Shown: piece by piece, positions 54,700 through 64,000 of the stretch | How the letters are laid out: each line of letters starts with the position of its first letter | How positions within the stretch are numbered: the first letter of the stretch is position 1 | NCBI GenBank assembly: GCA_951406725.2 | Contig: OX597820.1 | Coordinates: forward strand, 71,672,001-71,736,000 | Direction: 5' to 3' | Length of the DNA stretch: 64,000 bases | From: Octopus vulgaris | Taxonomy: Eukaryota | The notes under the pieces: model-generated | Told to the model about the DNA's origin: nothing | Seen by the model: the letters and a program-made list of their open reading frames with translations, nothing else | Databases searched by the model: none | Program-made: the position numbers and the translations under genes

Positions 54700-57406
54700 A
54701 TTTTTATTCTGCCAAGATTGAGCCCAAGTTTATGGTTAACCAAAGGCTTGAGAGAATGTAAAGAAATACTCTTTATCATGGCTGTCAGTGAGAGAAGTGG
54801 CAGAATAAATATGTGGATATTTACTTATTTGATATACTAGCTTAAACTTTCTCAAGGCTATTATGTTATGCTTAGCTAAATTTTCTGATTATTAAAAACG
54901 TGTATGACTATGATGAGGAGAAAATGATCATGTACTAAAAGATAGCTCACAAGCTGCTAGATGATGAGCTAACATTTCTTATTGGTTAGAATAACACAAT
55001 AGACCATGGTGAAGCTAAAATGTCTCTGCTTGAGAGTTTTTCAAAGTTTTGCAGTTCTCAAACAACTACTTAATGTTTGAGAACTACATGACTCAAACAA
55101 AATCAACACACGTTTTTATTGGGATACATATTCTGATACAGAATCTTATATAAATATTTTGGGGACAAAAAGAAAAGCTGGGATATTTTTCCTGATGTTT
55201 GTTTATTTTAGTTAACATCTGGCAAAGGCATGGATGAAAATATGCAAATGAAAAGCAAGCATATAAAATTAAACATATTTTAATCAGATTACGATACAGA
55301 ATTACAGTCTTGTCATAACAATTTTTCAATAAATATGCAATGCTACTGTTATGAAGCTATTAAAGCTACTGTTTAATGCTAGTTGAGGTCTTCTGCATTT
55401 ATATCATGTCTGTGAGTCACTGAAAATTTGACCCATGTGTTGTCAAGGCTCTATGGATTACGTGTACAACTTGTTTGCTTGTAAGGATTGCATAATGCTT
55501 TGGCTTCACAAACTTCACAATTAGAGTACACTAATTCACAGAAGTATATTGTACTAAAAATTTAGATGAACTGAACACTTTTTACTGGAACTTGTTTTCA
55601 GAACTCTGTAGTAAACTGGCATTTGTACATTGTCTTTAAGCCCAAGTTCTCAAGGAATTTTACTAGCTCCATGTCCTCAGCCAATGATTCTGTAAATAGA
55701 GCTTGGAGATTTGGTTCTATAAGAAATGTAAAGTTATACTTCAGTTGTTACATCAAATATGGCTAGGAAATTATCAAGTAGTCCTTGAAATTTATCGTTG
55801 CATTTTTCCTATTTATGGCCTTTTAAATATCAGGGAATGTTACTTCTCAGCTGAGATTTGGGAAGCAGTTGCAGTTTCTTGACAATATGTTTCTTTAAAA
55901 ACCTTATTTTTTCCTGAAAGCTAAAAATTTTCTCAGTAAGATCAGAAACAATCTTTTTTGTGGTGAATCAAGTTCAAAGATTATTCATTGTATGAATAAA
56001 GAACATCAGATTTTGCATCCATTAATCATATTTCCAGATAGGGGAAGAATCTTTTCTTTTTATTACAAAAATAATAGGCACCAACAGATCTACAAACCAC
56101 CTCAAAACATTACTGTTTGATGGCCACCTCACTATGTTGTAGAAAGTGACATTATAAGGTTTATCTTCATCACAGTGTTTATATTCATTACTTCACTAAC
56201 ATTTCTGAAATATCAGTAGATCTCCTTGTTTAAGTATATAAAATTTGTAGTTTCAAGGACAGTCTGAATAACACCTTCATATTTCAAGTGTCTGGTTAAT
56301 ACATGTTCACAATTAATAATAATGCAATGAATAGGGAAAGCTGATGGAAAGCTGGGATCTCTTTTCATCAGTAAGAACAATTAATCTTGTATTTTCCCCC
56401 ATCTATTGTAGGTTTTTCCATCTGTAACATGGACAAATTTATTCTGCAGAACATCAGCTTCTATTAAGGCTCTGCCAGGCACATTTTTAATGCCAGCTTA
56501 CCAGTTCATTCCTTTTACTGCAACTAAGTTCTTTTCACTGCTACGACATCTATTTTTTCAATGTTACATTAGAGGAATCGACAAGCACTTACTGCCTAGG
56601 GAATTTTGAAAATCATTTTGCAATTTTGCCTGAATTATCAACATTGACCTACGAAATTCACCTCTCTTTAGTGTGATGTGAGATTGGTGCTTGTGCTATT
56701 TGTCTGTGAAGATTTGTGTTTTGGGGATTTCATACTGCTACAACTTTGCCTGTAGCTTTCTAAGCAAATTCACTACCAAAATATAGGGATTTAATATGAG
56801 AAATATTTGAAGACACCACAAAACCAGCTTCTGTTATTCTATCAGTTTCCTTACTACAGTGTCTGCTGGCTGTTTTTCTCAATTCTGATTTAAGTGGATA
56901 ATCATATTAGGTAGTTTTATGATTTTCTTCATTGTGATATTCTAAGTTACTGGCTTTGAAATGACTGGGTGACACATGGTAGCTATGACACAAAACTATG
57001 TTCCCTTCAATGGGGAATACAAAATCTTCCCATTGCTCTTGACTAAAATTTTTTTTTATCTTCTTATATTCATTTCTAAAAATTTGATGGCACAAAATGT
57101 TGAAATACTTGTAAACACTTACATCTAAAGAGTAACAGCTAAGTCTGATTTAAGTGGATAATCATATTAGGTAGTTTTATGATTTTCTTCATTGTGATAT
57201 TCTAAGTTACTGGCTTTGAAATGACTGGGTGACACATGGTAGCTATGACACAAAACTATGTTCCCTTCAATGGGGAATACAAAATCTTCCCATTGCTCTT
57301 GACTAAAATTTTTTTTTATCTTCTTATATTCATTTCTAAAAATTTGATGGCACAAAATGTTGAAATACTTGTAAACACTTACATCTAAAGAGTAACAGCT
57401 AAGTCT
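54700..57406 (-). pseudogene. hAT/Charlie (GTF2IRD2/EPM2AIP1-like) transposase fossil
   Basis: Minus-strand motifs occur in transposase order: FSQEQWEDFVF..VLC..SHFKASNL.YH.E.NH (N-terminal Zn-finger-like), 'LVDSSNV' (ALDESTDV-like, about 56565-56590), 'VTDG' (TTDGA, about 56420), 'IHCII' (FHCIIH, about 56320) and 'FYNIVRWPSNSNVLRWFVDLL' (VRWLSRGKVLKRF, about 56085-56147). Many stops and frameshifts. Confidence 0.8.
56884..57406. repeat. Perfect 260-bp tandem duplication (56884-57143 and 57144-57403)
   Basis: Identical text 260 bp apart, with identical ORFs 56907-57095 and 57167-57355. TCT microhomology at the junction. Confidence 0.97.
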
Positions 57407-57815
57407 ACCTCTACATTTTTAACTTGTAGTAAATCAAAGTATTTTCAAATATGGCTTTAAATTTTCTACATAATTTCTGATTATAGTTATAAATGATATA
57501 AAATTATTTCACTATTCTTTTATGTGTGGCAGCCTAAAGTCTGTGGCCATGCTGGAGCACTTTAATTTCTCTTGGAAATATTTAACTCTCTTTCTTTCTC
57601 TCTCTATGTACACACAAACACACACATGTATATAAAATGAAAGATGAAGTTAATGTTGTCTATAGCATCCAAAATACACTAATTTTCAACCCATTCATGA
57701 TGCTACATTTATATATAACGGGAAGCTTTATGAAAATAGACAAAAGATGAAGGCAGGTGGAAAACAAACAAACAATTGTATTAGTATGGCGCTCAGGAAA
57801 TATAAATAAAACAAG

Positions 57816-57853
57816 TCTTTAACGTTTCGAGCCTACGCTCTTCAACAGAAAGA
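57816..57853 (-). ncRNA. Minimal type I hammerhead ribozyme motif with a CUGUUGA core
   Basis: Reverse complement: tcttt CTGTTGA a gagc-gtag-gctc GAA ACGT T aaaga. Perfect 5-bp helix I, 4-bp helix II and loop-less palindromic helix III. Confidence 0.75.
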
Positions 57854-58021
57854 TACACAGAGAGAAAAAAAACACAGAAAGAGGGAGAGAAAAAAATGCG
57901 TGCAGTAGCTAACGAATCAACATGGCGATCTGATTTCGGCCAGAGGTCAAAGATCAAACATGAGACGCGAGAGCGAAATAAGGGGAGATAATAGGGTTGA
58001 TAATAGGGTTGAATGACCAGC

Positions 58022-58360
58022 TATTAGTGCGTAGGAGGGGTCTGGACGTGTGTATGTATAGGGTTGGTGTACGTATTAGTATGTATTAGTATGTATAAGG
58101 GTGTGTGTGTGTGTGTGTATGAGAGAGTATTAGTGCGTAGGATAGGTCTGGACGTGCGTATGTATGGGGTTGGTGTATGTATTAGTATGTATTAGTATGT
58201 ATTAGTACGTATTAGTATGTATAAGTGTGTGTGTATGAGAGAGTATAAGTGCGTATGAGGGGTCTGGACGTGTGTATGTATAGGGTTGGTGTATGTATTA
58301 GTATGTATTAGTATGTATTAGTACGTATTAGTATGTATTAGTTGGTGTATGTATTAGTAT
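58022..58360. repeat. Three units of about 105-120 bp containing (gtattagtat)n subrepeats, within the PLE 3' region
   Basis: tattagtgcgtagga..ggtctggacgtg.gtatgtat.gggttggtgta at about 58022, 58128 and 58245. Confidence 0.9.
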
Positions 58361-58402
58361 GGCACATCATATATGATGTGATGTGTAAAGTCGTGTGGTG
58401 TA

Positions 58403-58637
58403 GTGAGGAGAAGAGGGGGAGGGGAAGAAGAGGGGGGGAGAGGGGGAAGAGGAGAGGAGGGGGGAGGAAAGAGGGAGAGGGGGAGAGAGAAGGGGAGTGA
58501 GGGAGCAGAGGGAAGGGGAAGAGGGAAGGAGGGAGGGAGAAAGAGGGAAGAAGGGAAGGGGAGTAGTGGTGAAAGGATGAAGGACTGAAGAAGTAGGGGT
58601 CGGGGGGGAAGGATAGGTGAGGAGGGGGGGGGAGAGT
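58403..58637. repeat. G/A-rich polypurine tract
   Basis: Almost only G and A up to about 58562, still G-rich beyond, with many G-runs. Confidence 0.9.
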
Positions 58638-58837
58638 TGAGACCAAATGGCGTATAAGAGCGAAGAGAGAAGATTAATTCCTGTTCACGGCGCAAACGGG
58701 AATCCGGATGGCCTCTGTGTAAGGACAAACCGAACACAGATAGGTGTTGCAAGGAGTGACCGGTGGAGCGGAAATGGCGTGAGACCGGTGTGTCGTTCGC
58801 AAGGTGGATATCACGAAGGTGTTCCGCGAACCGGTCA

Positions 58838-58880
<43 letters not shown>

Positions 58881-59044
58881 AGGAGTGGTTGGCGTTAGGA
58901 AAGGCATCCAGCTGTAGAAACACTGCCAGATCAGACTGAGCCTGGTGCAGCCTCCTGGCTTCCCAGACCCCAGTCGAACCGTCCAACCCATGCTAGCATG
59001 GAAAGCGGACGTTAAACGATGATGATGATGATGATGATGATGAT
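58881..59044 (+). mobile_element. Young RTE 3' tail
   Basis: ggagtggttggcgttaggaaaggcatccagctgtagaaac...gcatggaaagcggacgttaaac(gat)n. Confidence 0.9.
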
Positions 59045-59150
59045 CACGTGACCGACCAGACCATCAGATGTTGCTACACATCGCTAGTCACAATGTGTTC
59101 CCATTGTTTTAGCCTTCGAATGACGCCACCCTGCTGGCTAAGCGACCAGG

Positions 59151-59184
<34 letters not shown>

Positions 59185-59187
<3 letters not shown>

Positions 59188-59431
59188 TCATCTTCATCGT
59201 TTAACATCCGTTTTCCGCGCTAGCATGGGTTGGACTGTTCGACCGAGGTCTGGGAAGCCAGGAGGCTGCACCAGGCTCCAGTTTGATCTGGCAGTGTCCA
59301 GCTGTAGAAACACTGTCAGATCAGACTGGAGCCTGGTGCAGCCTCCTGGCTTCCCACACCCCGGTCGAACCCAACCCGTGCTAGCACTGAAAACGGATGT
59401 TAAACGATGATGATGATGATGATGATGATGA

Positions 59432-59435
<4 letters not shown>
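59185..59435. mobile_element. Head-to-head fold-back of two RTE 3' tails
   Basis: 59185-59297 is the reverse complement of about 59310-59420. (CAT)n lies on the left, (GAT)n on the right and (TA)n outside both. Confidence 0.9.
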
Positions 59436-59473
<38 letters not shown>

Positions 59474-59536
59474 ACGTATATATGTATATGTATATATGTA
59501 TATATATATACATATATATGTATATATATATACATA

Positions 59537-59600
<64 letters not shown>

Positions 59601-59864
59601 CATATATATATATATGCATGTATATACACATACTAAAATCACCCTTAGATTTATATGGCAAATGTATATACTGTCAGAAGAATTTAGCTGTCCTATTGAA
59701 GCTGTCAGTATATATAAACAGGCTTTCCACACAGCTATAAGAGTTTTAACTCTTATTTCTAGCAATAACTGTGCTTTTAGCACCCACAATTAGTGATGAC
59801 TAAATTTTTCCTATATGGCTTTGGATTGTGACTACCTGCTTACATTATGTGTATATCTATCTAC

Positions 59865-59905
<41 letters not shown>

Positions 59906-60040
59906 ATCTATCTATCTATCTGTCTGTCTATCTATCTATCTATCTATCTGTCTATCTGTCTGTCTATCTGTCTGTTTGTCTGCCTGCCTGTCTGTCTGCC
60001 TGTCTATCTATCTATCTAAATAGCTATCTATCTATCTATC
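59435..60040. repeat. (TA)n/(TATG)n tract (59435-59630) and (TCTA)n/(TCTG)n tract (59853-60040)
   Basis: Read directly from the sequence; source of the YIYI and LSIY pseudo-ORFs. Confidence 0.95.
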
Positions 60041-60531
60041 AAGGCTAGAGAAGAAAGAGAGAGAGAGAGAGTGTGTGTGTGTGTGAGAGAGAGAGCAAGA
60101 CATCAGGACAACCAGAATAGGTAGAGGGAGGAAAGGCGAGAGAATGAGTGCAAAAAAGCTGGGATATGTGGTGGGGTGGAATCAGTAGAGGAGTGATTGG
60201 TAATGGATGGATGTTGGAATAGAGAAAGAATAGGTGTTGGGTGGCAACTGAAGTCCCTCCCCTAGAGGATGAGTACTGACTGGTAACACTACAAGGTGAA
60301 GCTAAAGTGTATTAGATTGAGGGACGAGGGTGGTCCAAGGCAGGTATGTGGGCCTAGGAAGGTGTGAGAAATCAAAGTCGGGTTAAAATGTGAGAAGCAC
60401 AGAAGTGGTGGAGAAGTGAGAGATGGAGAGCTCTGAGGGATGAGAAGATAGGCATCATAGAGAGAAGTGAGCAATTAGTAGACAGGAGGGGTCAGGATGT
60501 AAGGTGAAGGAACAAGACTTAGCAAGGTACA

Positions 60532-60582
<51 letters not shown>

Positions 60583-60590
60583 TACATACA

Positions 60591-61285
60591 TTCAGTATAG
60601 CAGAAGCCATAGCCACTCATAATAAAAAGGAGTACTGGTGGAATGTCCCAGTGAAGACCTCAATAAAATGTAAACACAACAGATCTGATAATGATTTGGG
60701 ATAGAGAAGAGAAACTGTGCACAGTTGTGGAAATTAGCTGCTCAGCAAATGTTAACATAAAGCTGAAAATCAGTGAAATAGAGTAACTATTGAGAAATCT
60801 GCAGTTACTCTATCCAGCTGACAAGTTCAGATTTATACCGGTAGTTATTGGGGCCCTGAGATATGTAACACCCTGCCTAAATACCAATCTTTAGAAATTA
60901 GGCTTCTCAAAACCAGTAAGGAGAAAGCTAATTCGAAGAAGACTACAGATCTAGTCCATCACTGGAACTGTAAAAAATAATCTGTAAAACTTTCCAGAAG
61001 TTTATTATTTTAATATATATGAGCATGTCTAGATATGCAACTATATGCATAAGAATACAAACATAAAGCAAAATATACAAATCTGCACACATACATACAT
61101 ACATACAGACAGACAGACAAACAAAAAAACAAACAAACAAAAATACCCTGTTGTTGATGCTGAAATTCCAATGAAGGAGCCTTGGATCTAGGTTAGTAAC
61201 CTGCTATTTCTCTATTGGCAAGTAATCTTGAAATAAAACTGAATAATGACATATGTACATAGATACATACATACATACATACATA
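60591..61285 (+). mobile_element. 3' part of an R4/Dong-like element with a restriction-like endonuclease (RLE) domain, frameshifted
   Basis: Composite translation EYWWNVPVKTSIKCKHNRSD / MIWDREEKLCTVVEISC..LLRNLQLLYP..FRFIPVVIGAL..LGFS fits the NRPD..D..ExS and PxxxGALG RLE motifs. Flanked by (CA)n/(CATA)n on both sides. Confidence 0.8.
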
Positions 61286-61879
61286 CAAACGTACATTCTC
61301 AAAACCCAATCTATTAGTGGTATAGTAAAGGCATGTAAGACATTCTAAAAATTCCCCATCTGAGATTTTTAGGTGAATAGAAGCACACAATTGATTGTGT
61401 GCATTGACAACTCAAACTACACACCAACTCAACTGTATATTTACAAACACTAGGAACTTTCTTAACTCAAAATGTCTTGTCACTTTGTTAGCAACCAGCT
61501 TGAACTATGTGAAGAAGAATTTAGATAAAACTAAAAAAAAAAATGCATACATAACACAAAAGTTGTGCTAGAAGGCATGACATTACCCAAAGGTATGAGC
61601 ATGGTAGATCAGTTCAACACTCTACATCTATCTAACATGCTTAGACAATCTTTATAATGTTAAATCAGCTTGTGTGTGGTGTCTGCCACTGTATATAGAA
61701 AAAAAAATCAAAAATGTAACCTCTGTTAATGCTTTATATAATGTACATATTTTAGAAGAAAGGAAAAACACCAATTTTGCAAGTTTAAATGACCAGTAAC
61801 ATAGCAGATGCAGCCAGCCCTTCTCCTCAGCATTATTAGCAAAAAATACACTCCAAAGAGAGAAGCAGGCTGTTATATA

Positions 61880-62030
61880 CATCATCATTTAACGTCTGCC
61901 TTCCATGCTGGCATGGGTTGGACGATTTGACTGAGGACTGGCGAGCCGGAATGGCTGCACCAGGCTCCAATCTAATCTGATTAGAGTTTCTACAGCTGGA
62001 TGCCCTTCCTAATGTCAACCACTCCAAGAG
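61880..62030 (-). mobile_element. RTE 3' tail fragment
   Basis: catcatcatttaacgtctgccttccatgctggcatgggttggacg...gatgcccttcctaatgtcaaccactcc. Confidence 0.88.
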
Positions 62031-62328
62031 AGAACAGCTATGTTATCGTAGGAGAAAAAGAAAGGAGGGGGTGGTGCAAGGGTAAGAGAACATAAGAGAA
62101 GATGTGATGGAACAAAAAAAAGAAAGGCTAATGCATATAATATCAATAAAATACTAATAATGATAATTGTAACAATAATTATACTAATACTACTAATAAT
62201 GATATTTCGTTATTACTATCATTATTATTTTTATATCATTACTGCTATTTTGATTTTATGGCTTTTTATTGTTATTGGTGTTCTTTGTGTTGCTTTTATT
62301 ATTTTGCATTGTCTTACTACTACTACTG

Positions 62329-62359
<31 letters not shown>

Positions 62360-62419
62360 TATTATGATGGTCTGCATTGGCAGACAAACATTAGCCTCTT
62401 TCAAGTCTTTGATCATATA

Positions 62420-62860
62420 TAAGAGTGAGGAGCTTAATAAGCAAAGTAAGCAAACCACTTTGTCATTTGGACATTTGTGTTACCAATGCCTTCTCAAACA
62501 GGAACCTTTGCATTTTAATGAAGATCAACATTTACCAAACTGTCTGAATATATGAGTGCAAAAGGTGGCGGCTTTACAGAAAACCAAATCAGAACACTAC
62601 AAGCTTTGTATAAGGTATATCATTGTATAAAGTATATCAATGCAGTCACTTGGAAAGGCAACAATCTCTCATACAGAAATTGTCAAGCATACCTTATCTA
62701 TTAGTTTCCAAGCAAAGGTCATGAAGAATATTCTCTGCTGGACCAGCCACATAATCCAGATGGAGCAGTCCTATTGCCAAGAATAGTACAATAGTATTCT
62801 TTGGTGAGCTAACAAAGAGCTCTCATCAATGTGATGGTTTCTGAGAAATGGTGTCACATA
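62420..62860 (+). mobile_element. Degenerate RTE (BovB-like) ORF2 C-terminal fragment
   Basis: Remnants 'SFGHL', 'MKINIYQT', 'QIRTLQA', 'VMKNILCWTSHIIQME' (LRWxGHxxRM) and 'VFFGEL'. Confidence 0.65.
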
Positions 62861-63034
62861 TACATACTAATTTGGTATGTGATGGAACATAAATGGCGGT
62901 GCCCCAGCATGGCCACAGCTCATAAGCTGAAACTAGAATCAATCAATCAATCATAAGATGGAGAGGGCAATGTTGTTGGATTGATGGATAGTCATAATAT
63001 GTGTGCATATACATACATATGTATATGTCTCTAA

Positions 63035-63070
<36 letters not shown>

Positions 63071-63547
63071 AAACTAAATGAGAAGTTGTTTTACATCAAC
63101 ACAAATTTCTGCCATCCAGCCATAGGCATCAACAATGGAATTTTTTAGAAACTTCTGTCGACCTTTTTTGGAGTAGTATGCGTACTGTGAAAAATTATAA
63201 TGGTTATGGACTATGTGTCTAATTTTCGGCATATTTGGCACTAGAAAATTTTTTGGTTTGCCCTCATTTATAAGTTGTTTATAAATTTAACCTTTAAAGG
63301 TATTTTTTAATATGCTGGCCATTGATAAAATTTTTTTTTGAAAAACATTTTATCCTACATTAAATATATATATATATATAAAGAATATGAGAGGTTTAGT
63401 TCACTGGTGATCTAAAATGGATAAGCTGTGTAAGTGCTATAATTGGTTATCCATTAGGTTCCAAGTTTACAGCTGAGACTGGAGCTAGGGATCCATAGTA
63501 AGCTTCCGAGATAGCAGGGATATATTAGAGTAATAAAGACAACAAAA

Positions 63548-63885
63548 CCAAGGCAGGATGAGTATCTCAAGTCATTTAGAATATTTAAGTAGAGTAAGGT
63601 GAAATTGAAGTTATTAATTAATTATTTAGTTAATTAATTAATTAATCATTGGATTCTTACAGCTGTTTCTGGAATATCTCAAGTGATAGGTTGGCATCCT
63701 CATACACTGGGTATTCTGTCATCAGAGACAAGGTGAGTGTGTAGGAAAGTTCTCACAGAATTCACAGAAACAACTGTATGACATTTAATAATTAATTGAT
63801 TAACTAATTAATTAGCTAATTATTTCAAATTCACCTTACACTAATTAAATATTCTAAATGACTTGAGGTACTCATTCTATCTTGG
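63548..63885. mobile_element. Non-coding inverted-repeat element (arms about 63548-63671 and 63765-63885) carrying a hammerhead ribozyme
   Basis: ccaaggcaggatgagtatctcaagtcatttagaatatttaa... is the reverse complement of ...ttaaatattctaaatgacttgaggtactcattctatcttgg. The arms end inside the HHR sequence. Confidence 0.8.
63655..63728 (-). ncRNA. Hammerhead ribozyme motif with intact core, long helix II and palindromic helix III
   Basis: Reverse complement: tct CTGATGA cagaatacccagtg..cacttgagatattcca GAA ACAGCTGT A aga. Helix I ucu/aga, helix II gaaua/uauuc plus agug/cacu, and a GUA cleavage triplet. Confidence 0.7.
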
Positions 63886-64000
63886 CGTTGTGTTGTGTTC
63901 TTGAGCAAAGCACTTAATTTCAGGTCAATCTGCAATCATTTCATCATGTGACACCTGTTGCACCTGTACAGGTAGTGTCAATTTGATGGAGGGAATGAGC

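Larger units (their letters stand above)
57715..58842 (-). mobile_element. 5'-truncated Penelope-like element: GIY-YIG endonuclease C-terminus, long 3' region and hammerhead; flanked by (TA)n
   Basis: 58636-58842 translates MADRFAEHLRDI..DTPVSRHFRSTGHSLQHLSVFGL..RLRREQELIFSLRSYTPFGLN (RxxEH, PVxxHF..H, RE..I..L.s..P.GLN of PLE GIY-YIG). An HHR lies on the same strand downstream. Confidence 0.88.

Noticed and set aside
54700-57406. Domesticated GTF2IRD2/EPM2AIP1-like host gene
   Set aside because: Numerous stops and frameshifts make it a fossil, not a functional CDS.
59194-60048. Many overlapping ORFs (YIYI, LSIY, poly-D/H/M) here and throughout the track
   Set aside because: They are stop-free microsatellite translations, not genes.
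61158-61206. Hammerhead-like string ccaatgaaggagcc...ggttagtaacc in the R4-like 3' UTR
   Set aside because: Both core segments deviate (CCAAUGA, GUAA), so it cannot be supported from this copy alone.

Overview
AT-rich eukaryotic DNA, intergenic or deep-intronic. I found no intact protein-coding gene, rRNA, genuine tRNA gene or CRISPR array. The repeat content points to an Octopus (coleoid cephalopod) genome, which is an inference from repeat recognition: tRNA-derived SINEs with internal (CA/TA)n, Nin/Deu-type SINEs, RTE LINE 3' ends with (GAT)n tails, and dense microsatellites. Most of the ORF track is microsatellite noise. The protein-like pieces are transposon fossils: RTE, CR1/Jockey-like RTs, R4/Dong endonuclease, Penelope GIY-YIG and RT, and a hAT/Charlie transposase. 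The main signal is a set of hammerhead-ribozyme (HHR) motifs, about 7 loci in at least 4 sequence families. They have self-complementary, dimer-type helix III sequences (ACGU, ACUAGU, AUGCAU, ACAGCUGU). One lies downstream of a Penelope GIY-YIG fragment, and most others sit in short non-coding elements arranged as inverted pairs. Also notable are a 9-unit hairpin/pseudoknot minisatellite in an RTE 3' UTR, a twin-tailed RTE fold-back, and an R4/Dong end inserted at an (AAT)n/(ATT)n inversion. All calls were made by eye, and boundaries of old elements are approximate.
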